Origin: Octopus vulgaris
Lineage: Eukaryota
Direction of reading: 5' to 3'
Length of the DNA: 64,000 nt
Assembly (NCBI GenBank): GCA_951406725.2
Contig: OX597836.1
Span: forward strand, 29,946,001 to 30,010,000
In this document: piece by piece, positions 37,895 to 51,580 of the stretch
Numbering within the stretch: the stretch's first letter is position 1
Layout of the letters: every line of letters begins with the position of its first letter
Translations under genes and position numbers: made by a program
Notes under the pieces: generated by a model
Told to the model about the DNA's origin: nothing
What the model saw: the letters and a program-made list of their open reading frames with translations, nothing else
Databases searched by the model: none

Positions 37895-38099
37895 CATTAA
37901 TCCCTCACCATATCGCGGTTCACCTATTGTGCACCCATTACACCACAGCTTTTTCTGGCTAATATAAGTAAACTTATATCACGTACTCCTCAGTACATCC
38001 AGGTTTCTGCGGTTGATAAGTATTTATATTTCTTTAGATTTTAATTATTCCTGTGGGAGGTTTTGGAATGTAACACCTGCGATAGTTGAGGGATTACTG
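37895..38099. mobile_element. Tigger/pogo-like MITE
   Basis: TA-CA(T)TAATCCCTC ... GAGGGATTACTG-TA. Confidence 0.75.
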
Positions 38100-38749
38100 T
38101 AAATACTTTACGTTAATTTTGTAACTTGTATTCACATGAGCTAATTAAATAAAACAATATATTTTTTGAATATGGAGAACATCCCCCTTGTTTATATTAC
38201 ATCAATCTGAATTATGGCGCCACTTTAGGAACCCAACACCAGCGTAAAGTGTAGGCTGCCTGCCTATATATCTGTCTGTACATATGTATATTATATACAT
38301 ATATATATATATTTTATAACATATTTATTACATACATTTATACACTAGACATACAGTATATTTATTACATATAACAAACATTAAATATATACTATCTATA
38401 TTTATTATTTACATATGGCAGTGCCCCAGCATGGCCATAACTCGTGAGCTGAAACTGGATGAAATGAAATGAAAAAATGAAATATGTAATATCTACTATA
38501 TACATATGCAAATGCACACACATATATGATAGTATATATGCAGAAGGTTGAAAAGGAACACACGAGTTGATATATATGGAAAAAATAGTTCCCTTGCATT
38601 TGAATACTATACAAATATTCTTTTAAAAAACTTTTCTTTTAATTTTTCCCAAATTTCCATACAGTTGAAAAAGTCTCATTGACTGAAACTGGTACTGAAA
38701 TGTTTTTTATAAAATTATTTTAGCATTTTCTACCATGACTATTTTTTTT

Positions 38750-38803
<54 letters not shown>

Positions 38804-38917
38804 ATAAGATCGTTAATTTTAAAATAAAACATGGAAAAAATAACCTTCAAAGGTAATAATTATTAAAATTCAGCATGGTGGTATCTCGTAGATACCCTAA
38901 TTTATAATTATAATTTT

Positions 38918-38963
<46 letters not shown>

Positions 38964-39778
38964 GTTTGTATAAGATCTCTGCCTCAATTTAAACCAGGTT
39001 TGTGCTTTTCTACTTAGGAGAATTTTCATTAATAGGAACAGGATCTTTCAAACTGACTGATGATGTCATAAAAAAATTAGCCAATGACACAACTACATAT
39101 CAAATTCATTGATAGATGTCAGAAAAATTGCTGATGAATCAAATGTTGTTGACTGCAAAGTAGTGAAGCTTAAATTTAGCTAAATGAGCAAGACAGAGTC
39201 AGTCAGTCAGTCATAACAACAGAGAGACCAAATCTGGGAGCAGTGTAGGCAGCAGAACTGAGAAGAGTATGCAGTCATACATTTCTGTGAGGCTGTATTT
39301 AACAACATAGACAAACACAGGTAAATAAAATACCATACAGTTTAAGATCTCGATTTATTAAAATTATCTCTGCCTCTGGAGGATGTATAATAATTACAAA
39401 ATAGCAATTAAAGCTAGTTCCACTAGAAAAGGGAGATAATCTCAAGAATCAAGAATTCTTAAAATTGACAAACTATAAAAGACAGGCTTATTGTTGGACA
39501 GTTGAGGACATGTTTCAGGCTCAATAGTCATCATCAGTTTGGCAACTGTCCAATTTTATCTCCAGTGGCCAAGGGACTTAGACAAATACAAGAGTAGAAC
39601 TCGTTTATGACATAGGTGATTTGCATAATTTCGGACCTGCAAAATATGAAGTCAACGCAACATGAATGACCTAAGTCCTACAAACTTAAGAATTATATAT
39701 ACTAGGGCAACTGACATTTGCATTCAATTACAATTTCTCTTTCTCTTGTCTACACATAATTACAGAACCTGCTCAACT

Positions 39779-40176
39779 AGGCGTACGAGTGGATGTGTGG
39801 TAAGTAGCTTGCTTACCAACCACATGGTTCCGGGTTCAAACCCATTGCATGGCACCTTGGGCAAGTGTCTTCTACTATAGCTTTGGGCCGACCAAAGCCT
39901 TGTAAGTGGATTTGGTAGACGGAAACTGAAAGAAGCCCATCATATATATGTATATATATATGTGTGTGTGTTTGTGTTTGTCCCCCCAACATCGCTTGAC
40001 ATCCGATGCTGGTGTGTTTACATCCCCATAACTTAGCGGTTCGGCAAAAGATACCAATAGAATAAGTACTAGGCTTACAAAGAATAATTCCTGGGGATTC
40101 GAATTGCTTGACTAAAGGCAGTGCTCCAGCATGACCGCAGTCAAATGACTGAAACCAGTAAAAGGGTAAAAGGGTA
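39779..40176 (+). mobile_element. SINE family A
   Basis: Full-length match. Confidence 0.9.
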
Positions 40177-40384
40177 TTCATTTCATTTCATACGTTAAAT
40201 TGGTGAAGTTGAACATCACATACGCCAATGAGCTTCAGTGCAGTTTTTTGCCTACCGCATTTCATATACACTGGTTAAATTAAGGCTGTGGCAGAAGACG
40301 TTTACACAAGGTGTCATGCATTGGAAGTGAACCTGAAACTGTGTGGCTGAAAGCAAACTTTCCAACCACACAGCCATGCCTGCA

Positions 40385-40417
<33 letters not shown>

Positions 40418-41676
40418 TCTATGCAAGTAACTCAGTAGTGATAAACAGAGAAATAAATTGTTGATATCGACAAAGATAAAGTTTCTGGAATAATGACATT
40501 TTGACCATTTCCTTCAGAAGACTGACCAAAGATGATCAATATAATCTACCTGCTTCTTCATTGGCCTGTCTGACTGTGCCATAAAAGCTCCCTTCACACT
40601 TTCACATTAGCACTCTTAACCTTCTCTCTCCTTTTCTTCTGCTGCTTCTTACTCTTCTCTTAACGATTTCTCTTTTCTTTGTCTTTCTTTTCCTCTATTC
40701 TTATCTCTATTTCTTTACCCCTTCAATTTCACTTTCTCCTCTATCTCTTTTTTACCTCTTACTCTCTCTCTCTCTTGCCCCTTTCCCTTATATTTCTCTT
40801 TATCTCACCCCACCATCTCTCATGCTCCTTGACCCCATTACATCAAATCTGTGTTCCTTTGTCCAACAATAAATAACCTGTCTTTCATCTTTAGTCATTT
40901 CAAAAATTCACTGCTAAAATAACCATTTGTTATTCTCTAAATTTCAAAACCCAAAACTTTCTGCCATAAAAGTCAGCCTGCATCATTTGTCTCTCAATAA
41001 AGAACTTGTCCAAATCAACCAAGACAACAGACAAAATATGTGACCCTGCACCATAATTTATACATAATCACTTTGCCTTGTCCAATACAAGCCAGAGTAA
41101 GGTAAGGTACCTATGTACATGATTAGTCTACCTGTTAAAATTAGTAGCAAAATTTCACTTAAATTTCATACCACACTGTCTTAGAAAAGGAAAGGAAGTT
41201 TTGGATATATTTAGTTTGAAAAATATAACACATGATGGTAATAGCTTGGACATTTTTAATCATAAGTCTTCTTCGTCAGAAAAGAGATTTTAGTAACAAT
41301 AATGACAACCTGTTCAATATAAGATAGTTCTAGCTGGTCATTCAATATGCTAAAAATAGCAGACAAATCTCACTCTCTTTCTCTTGAATCACATCCTGCC
41401 ATCTTAAAAGTGACAACACATATCTAATAATATGAAATTGAAATATATTAAGTTTTAAAAAGAAAAGAAAAAGATAAAACTGGAAAACAAGAACACCTTT
41501 GACTATAAGTTTATTCAGTCGAAGCTGACAGTCAAAGCGAAACAACAATAGCAAGAAAGAATTATGAAGGATTATCTAAATCATTCATGGGCAACTGTAA
41601 CCCGTGGAACTTTCTGAATGGCTCACCTGATGATCAGCCATGTCTCATGTGACCTGATTCTTAAAAAAGTTTACCT

Positions 41677-42074
41677 AGGCGTAGGAGTGGCTGTGTGGTA
41701 AGTAGCTTGCTTACGAACCACATGGTTCCAGGTTCAGTCCCACTGCGTGGCACCTTGGGCAAGTGTCTTCTATTATAGCCTCAGGCCGACCAAAGATTTG
41801 GTAGACGGAAACTGAAAGAAGCCTGTCGTATATATGTATATATATGTGTGCGTGTGTGTACGTTTGTGTGTCTGTGTTTGTCCCCCCAACATCGCTTGAC
41901 AACCGATGCTGGTGTGTTTATGTCCCTGTAACTTAGCGGTTCAGCAAAAGAGACCGATAGAATAAGTACTAGGCTTACAAAGAATAAGTCCTGGGATCGA
42001 TTTGCTTGACTAATAAGGCAGTGCTCCAGCATGGCCACAGTCAAATGACTGAAACAAGTGAAAGAGTAAAGAGT
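41677..42074 (+). mobile_element. SINE family A
   Basis: Full-length match with a small internal deletion. Confidence 0.9.
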
Positions 42075-42702
42075 ATGCCTGATACAAATGATTGTTTGAT
42101 TTGACAGAAGTAGCAGCTGAATCTCCTTCAAGTCACATTCTACTTTAAAAAAAAGGTGGGGACATTGGATAATGTAGTCTTATGTATATTATATCTGAAG
42201 AAAAAAATAGTCATAGCCAAAGTACATTTGATTATAGGTCTACTGGATGAAGACTAACCCAGGGTTAAACAACGATAACCTGATCTTTAATCTCTGTAAT
42301 CTCTGACACAAGGATTACAAATTTCAAAATGGGAATCTTTTAAGATGAGATAAAGATAAAAAAAAAAAAAGGAGGGATATATGGAGCAATGCAGCAGTTG
42401 CTCAAGAGACTAGTATAGTATTTTCAAGCATACAGGTCAATATAATGTAAACATTCAAACACCATCACTTTCTTTTCAAATCCTGCTGCAATTTTACAAG
42501 GAACTTTTGGTCCTTCAAAGTTGTCTTGGCACATAAGTCAATTTGGCCCTTTTTTTTTTTTTGCTATAAATTTTCATCTGAAAAATTCAACTTGTATGCT
42601 GGAAAAAAAGGTAATAGCAGGTATGTTCCAACAAATTACATGCTATCACCTTAGAAGAAAAGAGACATGTTGGACAATAGAGTCGAAGATATATAGAGTC
42701 GA

Positions 42703-42764
<62 letters not shown>

Positions 42765-43700
42765 TGGAAGGTTTGGAGATGATGTACAGGTATTTTATAT
42801 TAGAAGAAATGAGGTACTCAGAAATTTGGATGGTTTTATATTTACAGATATTTATTTGTATATTACATGTTTTTATACATCATATAACTTAGATCATGTA
42901 TTAGCGCTTTCTCCCATTCTAGTGGGGTTTTCAAATCGAACCAAGTTCCTGTGTGAAAAGTTTTGACCATTTTATAGTGTTATTGAGTGTGTAGTGGTGG
43001 GAGGGATATAAGACAGTACAAGAGGGTGATGGATAAAGTTATGATCCAAGCTGTGTCCTCATGAGGCACATCTGCATATTCAAGTACTCCAGGGTATATC
43101 AGGAGGTGCTATATTTTTTGTGAGAGTTCAAAATACCGGAAAATACTTTTTTACTTTCCCTTATTTTTATTTTAAAAAACAGAAAAAAAAAATAATAATG
43201 ATAATAATAAAAATACCAAAAGTTTCTAGTTCTGTCTCTACCTGATTTTCTGATGTAATTTTTCCTGCTCTTACTTTATAATATATAATACTCTTACTAA
43301 ATGTCTAAATACCTTTAAAGTTTTAGACATTTCCCAACCAAGAGCACTTATTCGAAATTCAGTATACTGTATTCTCAGTGAATATATCTGATTAACTATA
43401 TATATATATATATATGATGTTCTGTTTAATCAGTACTGACTTGGAGCAAAACAACAAATGTTACTGATTGCAGAATGGAAAAGATTTCATCATCTCAAGA
43501 TAACATTTAATTGAAAGAACCTCCTCTAATTGTCTTCCAAATCAAATATTTTAATAAGTCATATTAATGCAGAGGATAACTTGCACGAACCCAAATAAAT
43601 AAAACCATCAACAACCCAAACACTAATGAGATACTTAACTGCCATAAAACTATTTCAAAAAATCTTCATCCCAAAAATAATGCTTCACACAAAAATTTTT

Positions 43701-44079
43701 GCATGGCTGTGTGGTAAGAAGCTTGCTTCCCAAACACATAATTCTGGGTTCAGTTCTACTGCATGGCACCTTGCGCAAGTGTCTTCTACTATAGCCTCGA
43801 GCCGACCAAAGCTTTGTGAGTGGATTTGGTAGATGGAAACTGAAAGAAGCCTGTCATATATATGTATATATTTATGTTTGTGTGTTTGTGTCTGTGTTTG
43901 CCCTACCTGTCATCGTTTGACAACCGATGTTTGTGTTTATGTCCCTATAACATAGTTCAGCAAAAAGGGACCGACAGAATAAGCACCAGGCTTACAAAAA
44001 ATAAATCCAGGGGTCGATTTCTTCAGCTAAAAGGCAGTGCTTCAGCATGGCCACAGTCAAATGACTGAAACAAGTAAAA
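43701..44079 (+). mobile_element. SINE family A, older copy
   Basis: Diverged full-length match. Confidence 0.8.
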
Positions 44080-46830
44080 CACCTCATTTCATGTTGCTCC
44101 AGCCCACTCAGCTGGCAATAGTGAGTAATTCTGTGACAGACCAGCATCCCATTCAGGTGGGGGAATATGTTGGTAAGAGAATCTGGGCAAATGGCCTTAC
44201 GAGACTATGGCTTGGGAAAGACCTTCGGTCCTGTTGCAAACATTTAGGCCAACTCTTTGAGGTTTCAGGATAACTTCCTTTCTGCCATCCACTACTCCTG
44301 GAGCCCATCATACAAAAAATAAAGCATCATGGGTGCTACCCTTCCTACCCAGTACTGATAAATGAGTGAAAAATAATTAAAAAACTATAACTAGTTTAAC
44401 TTCTTATGATAATAGTGTCACAGCAAGTTTCAACTAGAGAGCAAAAGTGCCGTACTTTCTGGCACATATGCTGATGTAGTATATAGCATAAACATGTAGA
44501 GTTGACATCCAAACATTGTCACTGTCTTTATAAATCTGGCTGCATTTCACATGGAATTTTTGGTCCTCCTAAGTCACCTTGGTGTAGGAGTTGACCTACC
44601 ATTTTGGATTGTAAATTTTAGTCTCAAAAATACAACTAGTATGCTGGAATATACAATAAATTCAGCTTCTGTCACCAACTTAGCTTTGTTATTATTATTA
44701 TTATTGAAGACATTGGAAATAGAAAACAAGGGGAAAAAAATTACTGTATGTTTCCATGACTTCGGTTGAAGTATGGATATATGAAATATTAGCCAAACTT
44801 TTCAATGTTTAATAGCCAAAGTTGAAGAGATATGCTGACTTGATGCTGTAAAATTCTGAAATGTCTCCAGACAGCATAATAAATTAATGAAAGAAGAAGA
44901 AGAAGAAGAAGAAGAAGCAGCATTATCAAGAAAACTTAGCAGAGTGCTTAAAGAGCAATTGCTGGCAATATTTTCCAGTAATCCCAAGCAGTGGGTTCTG
45001 TTGAATGGCAGGTAAGCTGTGATTGAATGATCTAAGGTATTTCACCTATGATCATCATGTCTTTTTCCATAGGCATACCTTTCACCTTTTACTTGTTTCA
45101 GTCATTGGACAGTGACCATGCTGTGGCACCACCTTGAAGAGTTTTAGATGAACAATTTAGCGCCAGTAAAATTTAATATCTTTCTTCTTGTTTCTATTGT
45201 ACCTGTATTTCAAAGGGCCAGCCTTGACACACTCTGTGCCACGCTGAGTCTCCCCAAAGACTATGTTAAGTGTACATGTGTCTGTGGAGTGCTCGGCCAC
45301 TTTGCATGTTAATTTCACAAGCAGGCTGTTCTGTTGATCGGATCAACTGGGACCCTCATCGTCGTAACTGACAGAGTGCCACGACGATGTATGCATGCAT
45401 GCATGAGTGAATAGGTGCAACTGACTCTTCAGCACCGCATGATAGTTATGAGTGTCACTATAATGCAAGTGGAGTTCTTCATTCCCAATATTCTGTGAAA
45501 CCATGTCTGCTCATCAGAAATATTACTTGGAAGCAGGCGAAGGTTGGCAACAAGATGGGCATCCAGCCATTGAAAATTTACCTCAACAAATTCCACTTGG
45601 CACTGCAAGTATGGGAAAGTGGACAATAAATTGATGATGATGATGACGGCGATGACAATGTTTCCTTCAAAATTTAAAAAAAACACAAAATCATTGCGCA
45701 TATCAAACATTATTGCACCCCTGCCCTTTTACCAGAACACTAATCAACATTATCCAACGTGTCTGACTATATGCCATTCTGCTGGATGACGATATAATGT
45801 CACCAATAATAGTGTTACAAAATAAGTATGGCTAATCCAGTATAGTTTATGTTTGATCAGCCATTAATTAATTAACGTTAATTAATACTTGAGTATTGAA
45901 CAGATAGGAAGTGCAGAGCAACAGCAATTCTAATGCTTCGACTGACTCCATCTTTCCCACCTCCTTAGTAGATACCATCAGAATCTATGATCAATTCTAG
46001 TCTACAGACATCAGTCACTGAATTCCATTATTGCCTTAGTCTATAGCAACAGTAACCAATGTTGTCTATACACAACACAAATACCTCTGCTAATCATACA
46101 CATTCTGCCTTTTAACAATTAAAATAAGAGTTTCATTATTTGCAATCTTCCAAACAATTTCTTCCACTCTTGTTTCACACACACTTGTGACAAATATCAC
46201 CTTCTATTCTTTGCTTACTTCCATCTGTTGTAAAGTACATAAAGCAACAAACTGTATTCTTTGCTATGTGTCACAGCCATATGTTTTTATAACAATAGTA
46301 TATCTAGTCTCACTGTCGAAGTAGACTCTGAGGATAAATCACAATGTTTCCAACAGCATAGAATGAGAATCAAATTGACAAGTTGCATCTTTTGTAAAAC
46401 TCAACAGAAATCATCCATTTCTCTCCTCCAAGGTGTCAAAATGGCACAGCATAGAAATACTTGTTAAAAATGTAAATAAAAGCAAAAAATTGTGAGTGGT
46501 AAATGTGTTTCACTAAACAGTACAAAACTGATAACCGAGAATTAATAACTAAAGTGCCAACACAGTGTTCATCTCCATCTTGAATAAAAAAACACCAAAA
46601 TTGAGATGAATACCGTTCCTCCATGTGATTGGCTTGAAAAATTGTTAAGATATTAAGATATTTCTCTATTTTTCTTAACATGAAACCAATGGTAGCTTTG
46701 ATTCACAAATAAAGAAATTCTGTCCACCAATGCAGTGTTGAGCACTCATTTTCATCGTTGAGTATTTATATATCAATACTTCTGATGTCCCTAAACACTA
46801 TTAAACACTAGTTAAGCACTAAACATGAAC

Positions 46831-47248
46831 AGGAGTGGCTGTGTGGTAAGTAGCTTGCTAACCAACCACATGGTTCCGGGTTCAGTCCCACTGCGTGGCA
46901 TCTTGGGCAAGTGTCTTCTGCTATAGCCCCGGGCCGACCAATGCCTTGTGAGTGGATTTGGTAGACGGAAACTGAAAGAAGCCTGTCGTATATATGTGTA
47001 TATATATGTATGTGTGTTTGTTTGTGTGTCTGTGTTTGTCCCCCTAGCATTGCTTGACAACCAATGCTGGTGTGTTTATGTCCCCGTTACTTAGCGGTTT
47101 GGCAAAAGAGACCGATAGAATAAGTACTGGGCTTACAAAAAAAAAAAAAGAATAAGTCCCGGGGTCGAGTCGCTCGACTAAAGGCGGTGCTCCAGCATGG
47201 CCGCAGTCAAAGGACTGAAACAAGTAAAAGAGTAAAAAGAGTAAAGAG
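46831..47248 (+). mobile_element. SINE family A, young copy
   Basis: CpG-intact full-length match with AGTAAAAG tail repeats. Confidence 0.9.
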
Positions 47249-47294
47249 TAGAGAATCAAAGCAAACCATAGAAAAACCTGATATATATATATAT

Positions 47295-47570
47295 ATAGGG
47301 AGAATTCACATATAAACAAAAGACAAAGACAGTTGGTGTAGACAACAAACAGATGTATTAGTATAACGCTCAGGAAGTGAAAAGTCTTTAACGTTTCGAG
47401 CCTATGCACTTCTGCAGAAAGGGACACAGAAAGAAACAAGGAGAGAAAATAAAGAATGTGTAGTGGCTGGTGATCTATCAAGGCGAATGCCAGACAGAAG
47501 GGTCACACAGGAGGGCTAGGGAAAAGGAGAGATAATAAAGTAGTGGTGATACCAAAATGAAGGCACGCAT
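47295..47570 (-). mobile_element. Penelope-like terminal-repeat fragment (family E2), longer copy
   Basis: Homologous to 23848-24040. Minus strand CTTT-CTGCAGA-A-GTGC..GCTC-GAAACGTT-AAAG. Confidence 0.55.
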
Positions 47571-50039
47571 GCGTGTGTATAAGAGAGTTTGTATGTGTAT
47601 GTGGAAGAGGGCTGGTGATCTTGATGTGTATGTGTGTGTGTGTGTGTGTGTGTATGTGTAGGTGTGAAATGTGGGTCTGGGAAGTGGTCAGTGCTGATAT
47701 GTGCGTGGTGATGTGTTGTGTGGTATTGGTATGGTGGTGTTGGGAGGTGGGAGAGGCGAGAGTGGGGAAAGCAAGGGTGGGGGTAGAGGTGGTGTATGTA
47801 GGTATATATATATATATAAATATATTTAATCTTTTGTGGATGCCATGGTTAAACTACAGAGCTTTCAGCAGCTTAATACTTATCAGGGATAATAAACCTC
47901 TTCTATGGTTTAACCACAGACCTTGATTTCACAGAAAGACTAAATATATATATACAAAACACATGGATTTTACTCAAGATACATATTTATTTATAACCCA
48001 GAATGTTCTTTGGTACCGTAGTTATTAATACCATTAATACCTGGCTATCAATCTTAATATAACTTAAGTTACGCTTCTCTTCAGTCCTGCCTATATTTTT
48101 AAGAAGTAGGTGAAGGTGAGAACAGCGGAATCAATCAGAGCATAGCTGGGTAGTAATGATGTCCACTTCACAATCATGTGGTCTCAGATTCAGTCCCACA
48201 GTGCAGCACCTCGAGTGAGTGTGTTCTACTATAGTCCTGGGCTGACCAATGCCTTGTGAGTGGAAACGGTACACAGAAAGTGAGAGGAAGTCTGTGTGTA
48301 TGTATATGCGAGTGTGTGTGTGCATGTGTGAAGATAATTGTTCTAATAGCTAGGAAGTTGGGCCCACAGTCGTAAGATCAAGGGTTCAATTCCTGAAACG
48401 GTTTGGACATTGTGTCCTTGAACAAGACAACTCCTTTCATGCTGTTCCATTCTACTCAGCCGAAAATGAGTACCAGCCCAGTACTGGTGCAGCCCTTTTG
48501 CATTCCAAATGTCACATCTTTCTATGTTCCACTAGGTCAGGAGCAGGAGGGCTGAGTGATGTCTATATCTGCTCATGGCTACATACACACCTAAAACAAT
48601 TAGGAAAAGCATAGTACAAGTCAATGTGTGTGTGTGTGTGTGTGCATGCACATATATGCATGTGCATGTACGAATGTCATTCTATGACCACATTAACACT
48701 GACTGTCTAAGCAAAAACTATAGAGTCACACCACCAGCTAGAAATAGCAACCAAAATTACCTTAAGTTATAATCAGCTAACAACAAAAAACTAAAGGGCA
48801 AATTGGATAGTTTAACATAGACGTGGCTACCCACCAAAAAGATGAGCTAGATGGTCATGGAAGGAATGCTTTTGATCACAAATTTATGGGATATTATGCT
48901 TTTAGTTGAATGAATTAACCCCAGTTCTTAAAGTCTGCTACATATTCTATTGGTCACTTTTGCTAAACTGCTTAGTTACGGATATGTAAACACATCAATA
49001 CTGGTTGTCAAGAAGTGGTGGGGGACAAACGCAGACACATACACACACATCATAGGGCAGGTGCGTCCACCTCAGTCCTGACAAAAGACTATTGTGACAC
49101 CTGTAGGCACCTGTGTACTTCCAGCTCTGGACTGCTAAGTCCCATGTGCTCTCATCACTGAGAACACAGACTTTGTCATTGTCAGACACTGGTGGACTAC
49201 CAACCTATACAATGGACTTCTTTCAGTTTCAGCAACATCTCCCATAGTTGGAGCTTTCAATGGGTAAGGGTCAGTGGATTGAAAACATCTTACTTCAAAA
49301 CAGTTAAAGGTTGCCAACAGGATGAGTATCAGGCCATAGGAAATCTGTCCCAACATCTCTTCCAACACATGCCAGTATGGAAATACAAATGCAGATTTCT
49401 GGTAAGACTCAAAAAGAGTGGAACCTATATTCCATACTGCTCGAAACTACTGTGATTTAACCACAGGTCCTAATTTGACAGAAACACTAAATATATGTTT
49501 ATTAAGTATACTGATAAAATTCCATAATACATATTTATTCATAACTCACACAGTATTGATATTTTCATTATTCTTTTATAGTCAGGCCACAGATAAGAGA
49601 AATACAATATATATTTCATTGTATTTCGCTACCCCTCTGAATAGGTCATATATAATAACATATGAACACACGATATTTTTCATTTATTCATTTCTTTATA
49701 CCATTTTATAGCAAGAATGTCTTTTTTTTCCATTGTACATTTATGGCCTGACCAATGATATTTCATAACATTTTGGAGAAAAAAAATTATACAAGAATTT
49801 TATGATTTGATACTTTGGGGAAAAATTCCTTAGTTTTCGCATTGTTGAAAATGAAAGACTAACATAATAAAATAACTAATTGGGTCTTTGCTCTAACATG
49901 TTAACAAGAAGAAACTATATCACACATGAGGAAGCATCTACGGAGTCACACCACCAGCTAGAAATAGCAGCCAAAATTCCCTCAAAACATATCCAGTTAA
50001 CTAAAAACAAACTAAAGGGCACATTCGATAGTTTAATAT

Positions 50040-50245
50040 GGGGCTCAACTTTTGGCACAATGCCAGCAAGTCAATGTAAGTTGATTACATTGACTCCAGT
50101 GGTCAACTGGTACTTTGCCTTTTATCCTGAAAGGATGAAAGGCAAAGTTGGCCTTGGTGGGATTTGAACTCAGAATGTAAAGATGGATGAAATGCTGCCA
50201 AGCATTTTGTTTGGCATGCTAACCATTCTGCCAGCTGACCACCTT
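50040..50245 (-). mobile_element. Family B-related SINE
   Basis: Flanked by the 17-bp direct repeat att(c/g)gatagtttaatat. Confidence 0.8.
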
Positions 50246-51232
50246 ATTGGATAGTTTAATATTCACACAGATACACAAAGAGATGAGCTACACATCCATT
50301 GAGTCCAGCCAATTCGGTTTGGCAATTTCATCAAGGGTACAAATCTGTGGAATACTCTGCCACTTATATGTTACTTTAACAAATTGGACATTCAGTTCAT
50401 CAATAAGCAACTGGTTGTCTGTTGATGAAACCAATGAAAGAATTAGCATGTATGTGTGTGCACGTGTAAGAGAATGTGTGTTTGTGAGAGAGAGTGTGTG
50501 TTAGTGACAGAAAGAGAGAGAGAGAGTGTGTGTGTCAGTGACAGAGAGAGAGTGTGTGTGTGTGTGTGTGTGTGTGTTAGTGACAGAGAGAGAGAGTGTG
50601 TGTGTGTATTTGTGTGTGAGAGATAAAGAGAGAGAGTGTTTGTGAGCGAGAGATAGAGAGATTGAAAAAGAGAGAGAGTGCATGTGCGCATGTGTGTATG
50701 TATGTGTGTGTGTGTGTGTATGCGTGTGCGAGAAAAGAATTAGCTAAAAGCTGCTGAGATCAGATGTCTCACGTATAAAATATTGTTTCTTGCTAAGATA
50801 TTAGCGAAAGCACTTCTCTGTTTATTGTTAATTTTACTATTTTTTTAAAATTTATATTCTTTATATATTTAACACTCTATTCCCTTTTTCTCCCCCTTTT
50901 TTAAACGTTTCTCGCATTCGTAACGTTCATGTCTCCACTATTTTAAATTTAATAAACAAGTATAAATATCTCCCGAACATTCTGACATCCATGAAATATT
51001 CTTGTCAGTTAAATCTTCAGCTTGCATGTCTAATGTAATTCAATAATAACCTCACTGACAATCAGTCAATCAGTGCAACTAAATTCACTCACACAAGCAG
51101 ATACCCAACAAAGAACCCCTACACGGTTACTCAACCTCATTAAAAATAGTAGTCACATGTCTGTCTGTCTGTCTATCTGTCCATCTATCTGTCTATCTAT
51201 CCATCCATCCATCCATCCATCTATCCATCTAG

Positions 51233-51265
<33 letters not shown>

Positions 51266-51269
51266 CATC

Positions 51270-51580
51270 TAATTTAAAACAGAGAGTTACTTACTTGTAA
51301 ATAAATGGGTTAACATGTGACATCATTGACCGAGGTTACCGTGGTCTTTTCCGTAGGCTTTTCTTTCCACGGATAAACCTCATCTGTTTCCCCTTTACAC
51401 TCTATATCATGACATTCCTGTGATACACGATCCCTATTGATCATTTTTTCTCTTTTATTTCCTTTTTACGATCCCTTTTGATCGAAACCCACCCCTTTTT
51501 TTTCTCCCCCAAAAGAAAAACCCTACCTTGTAATTTGTCCCGTCTGTGTTCAGCCCAGTGTGGCTAATAAAGAAACATAT
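51270..51580 (+). mobile_element. Probable LINE 3' end embedded in a (CTAT)n tract, sharing its tail with SINE family B
   Basis: Ends tgtcccgtctgtgttcagcccagtgtggctaataaagaaa; family B ends tgtcccctctgtgtttagccccttgtgggtagtaaagaaa. Confidence 0.5.
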
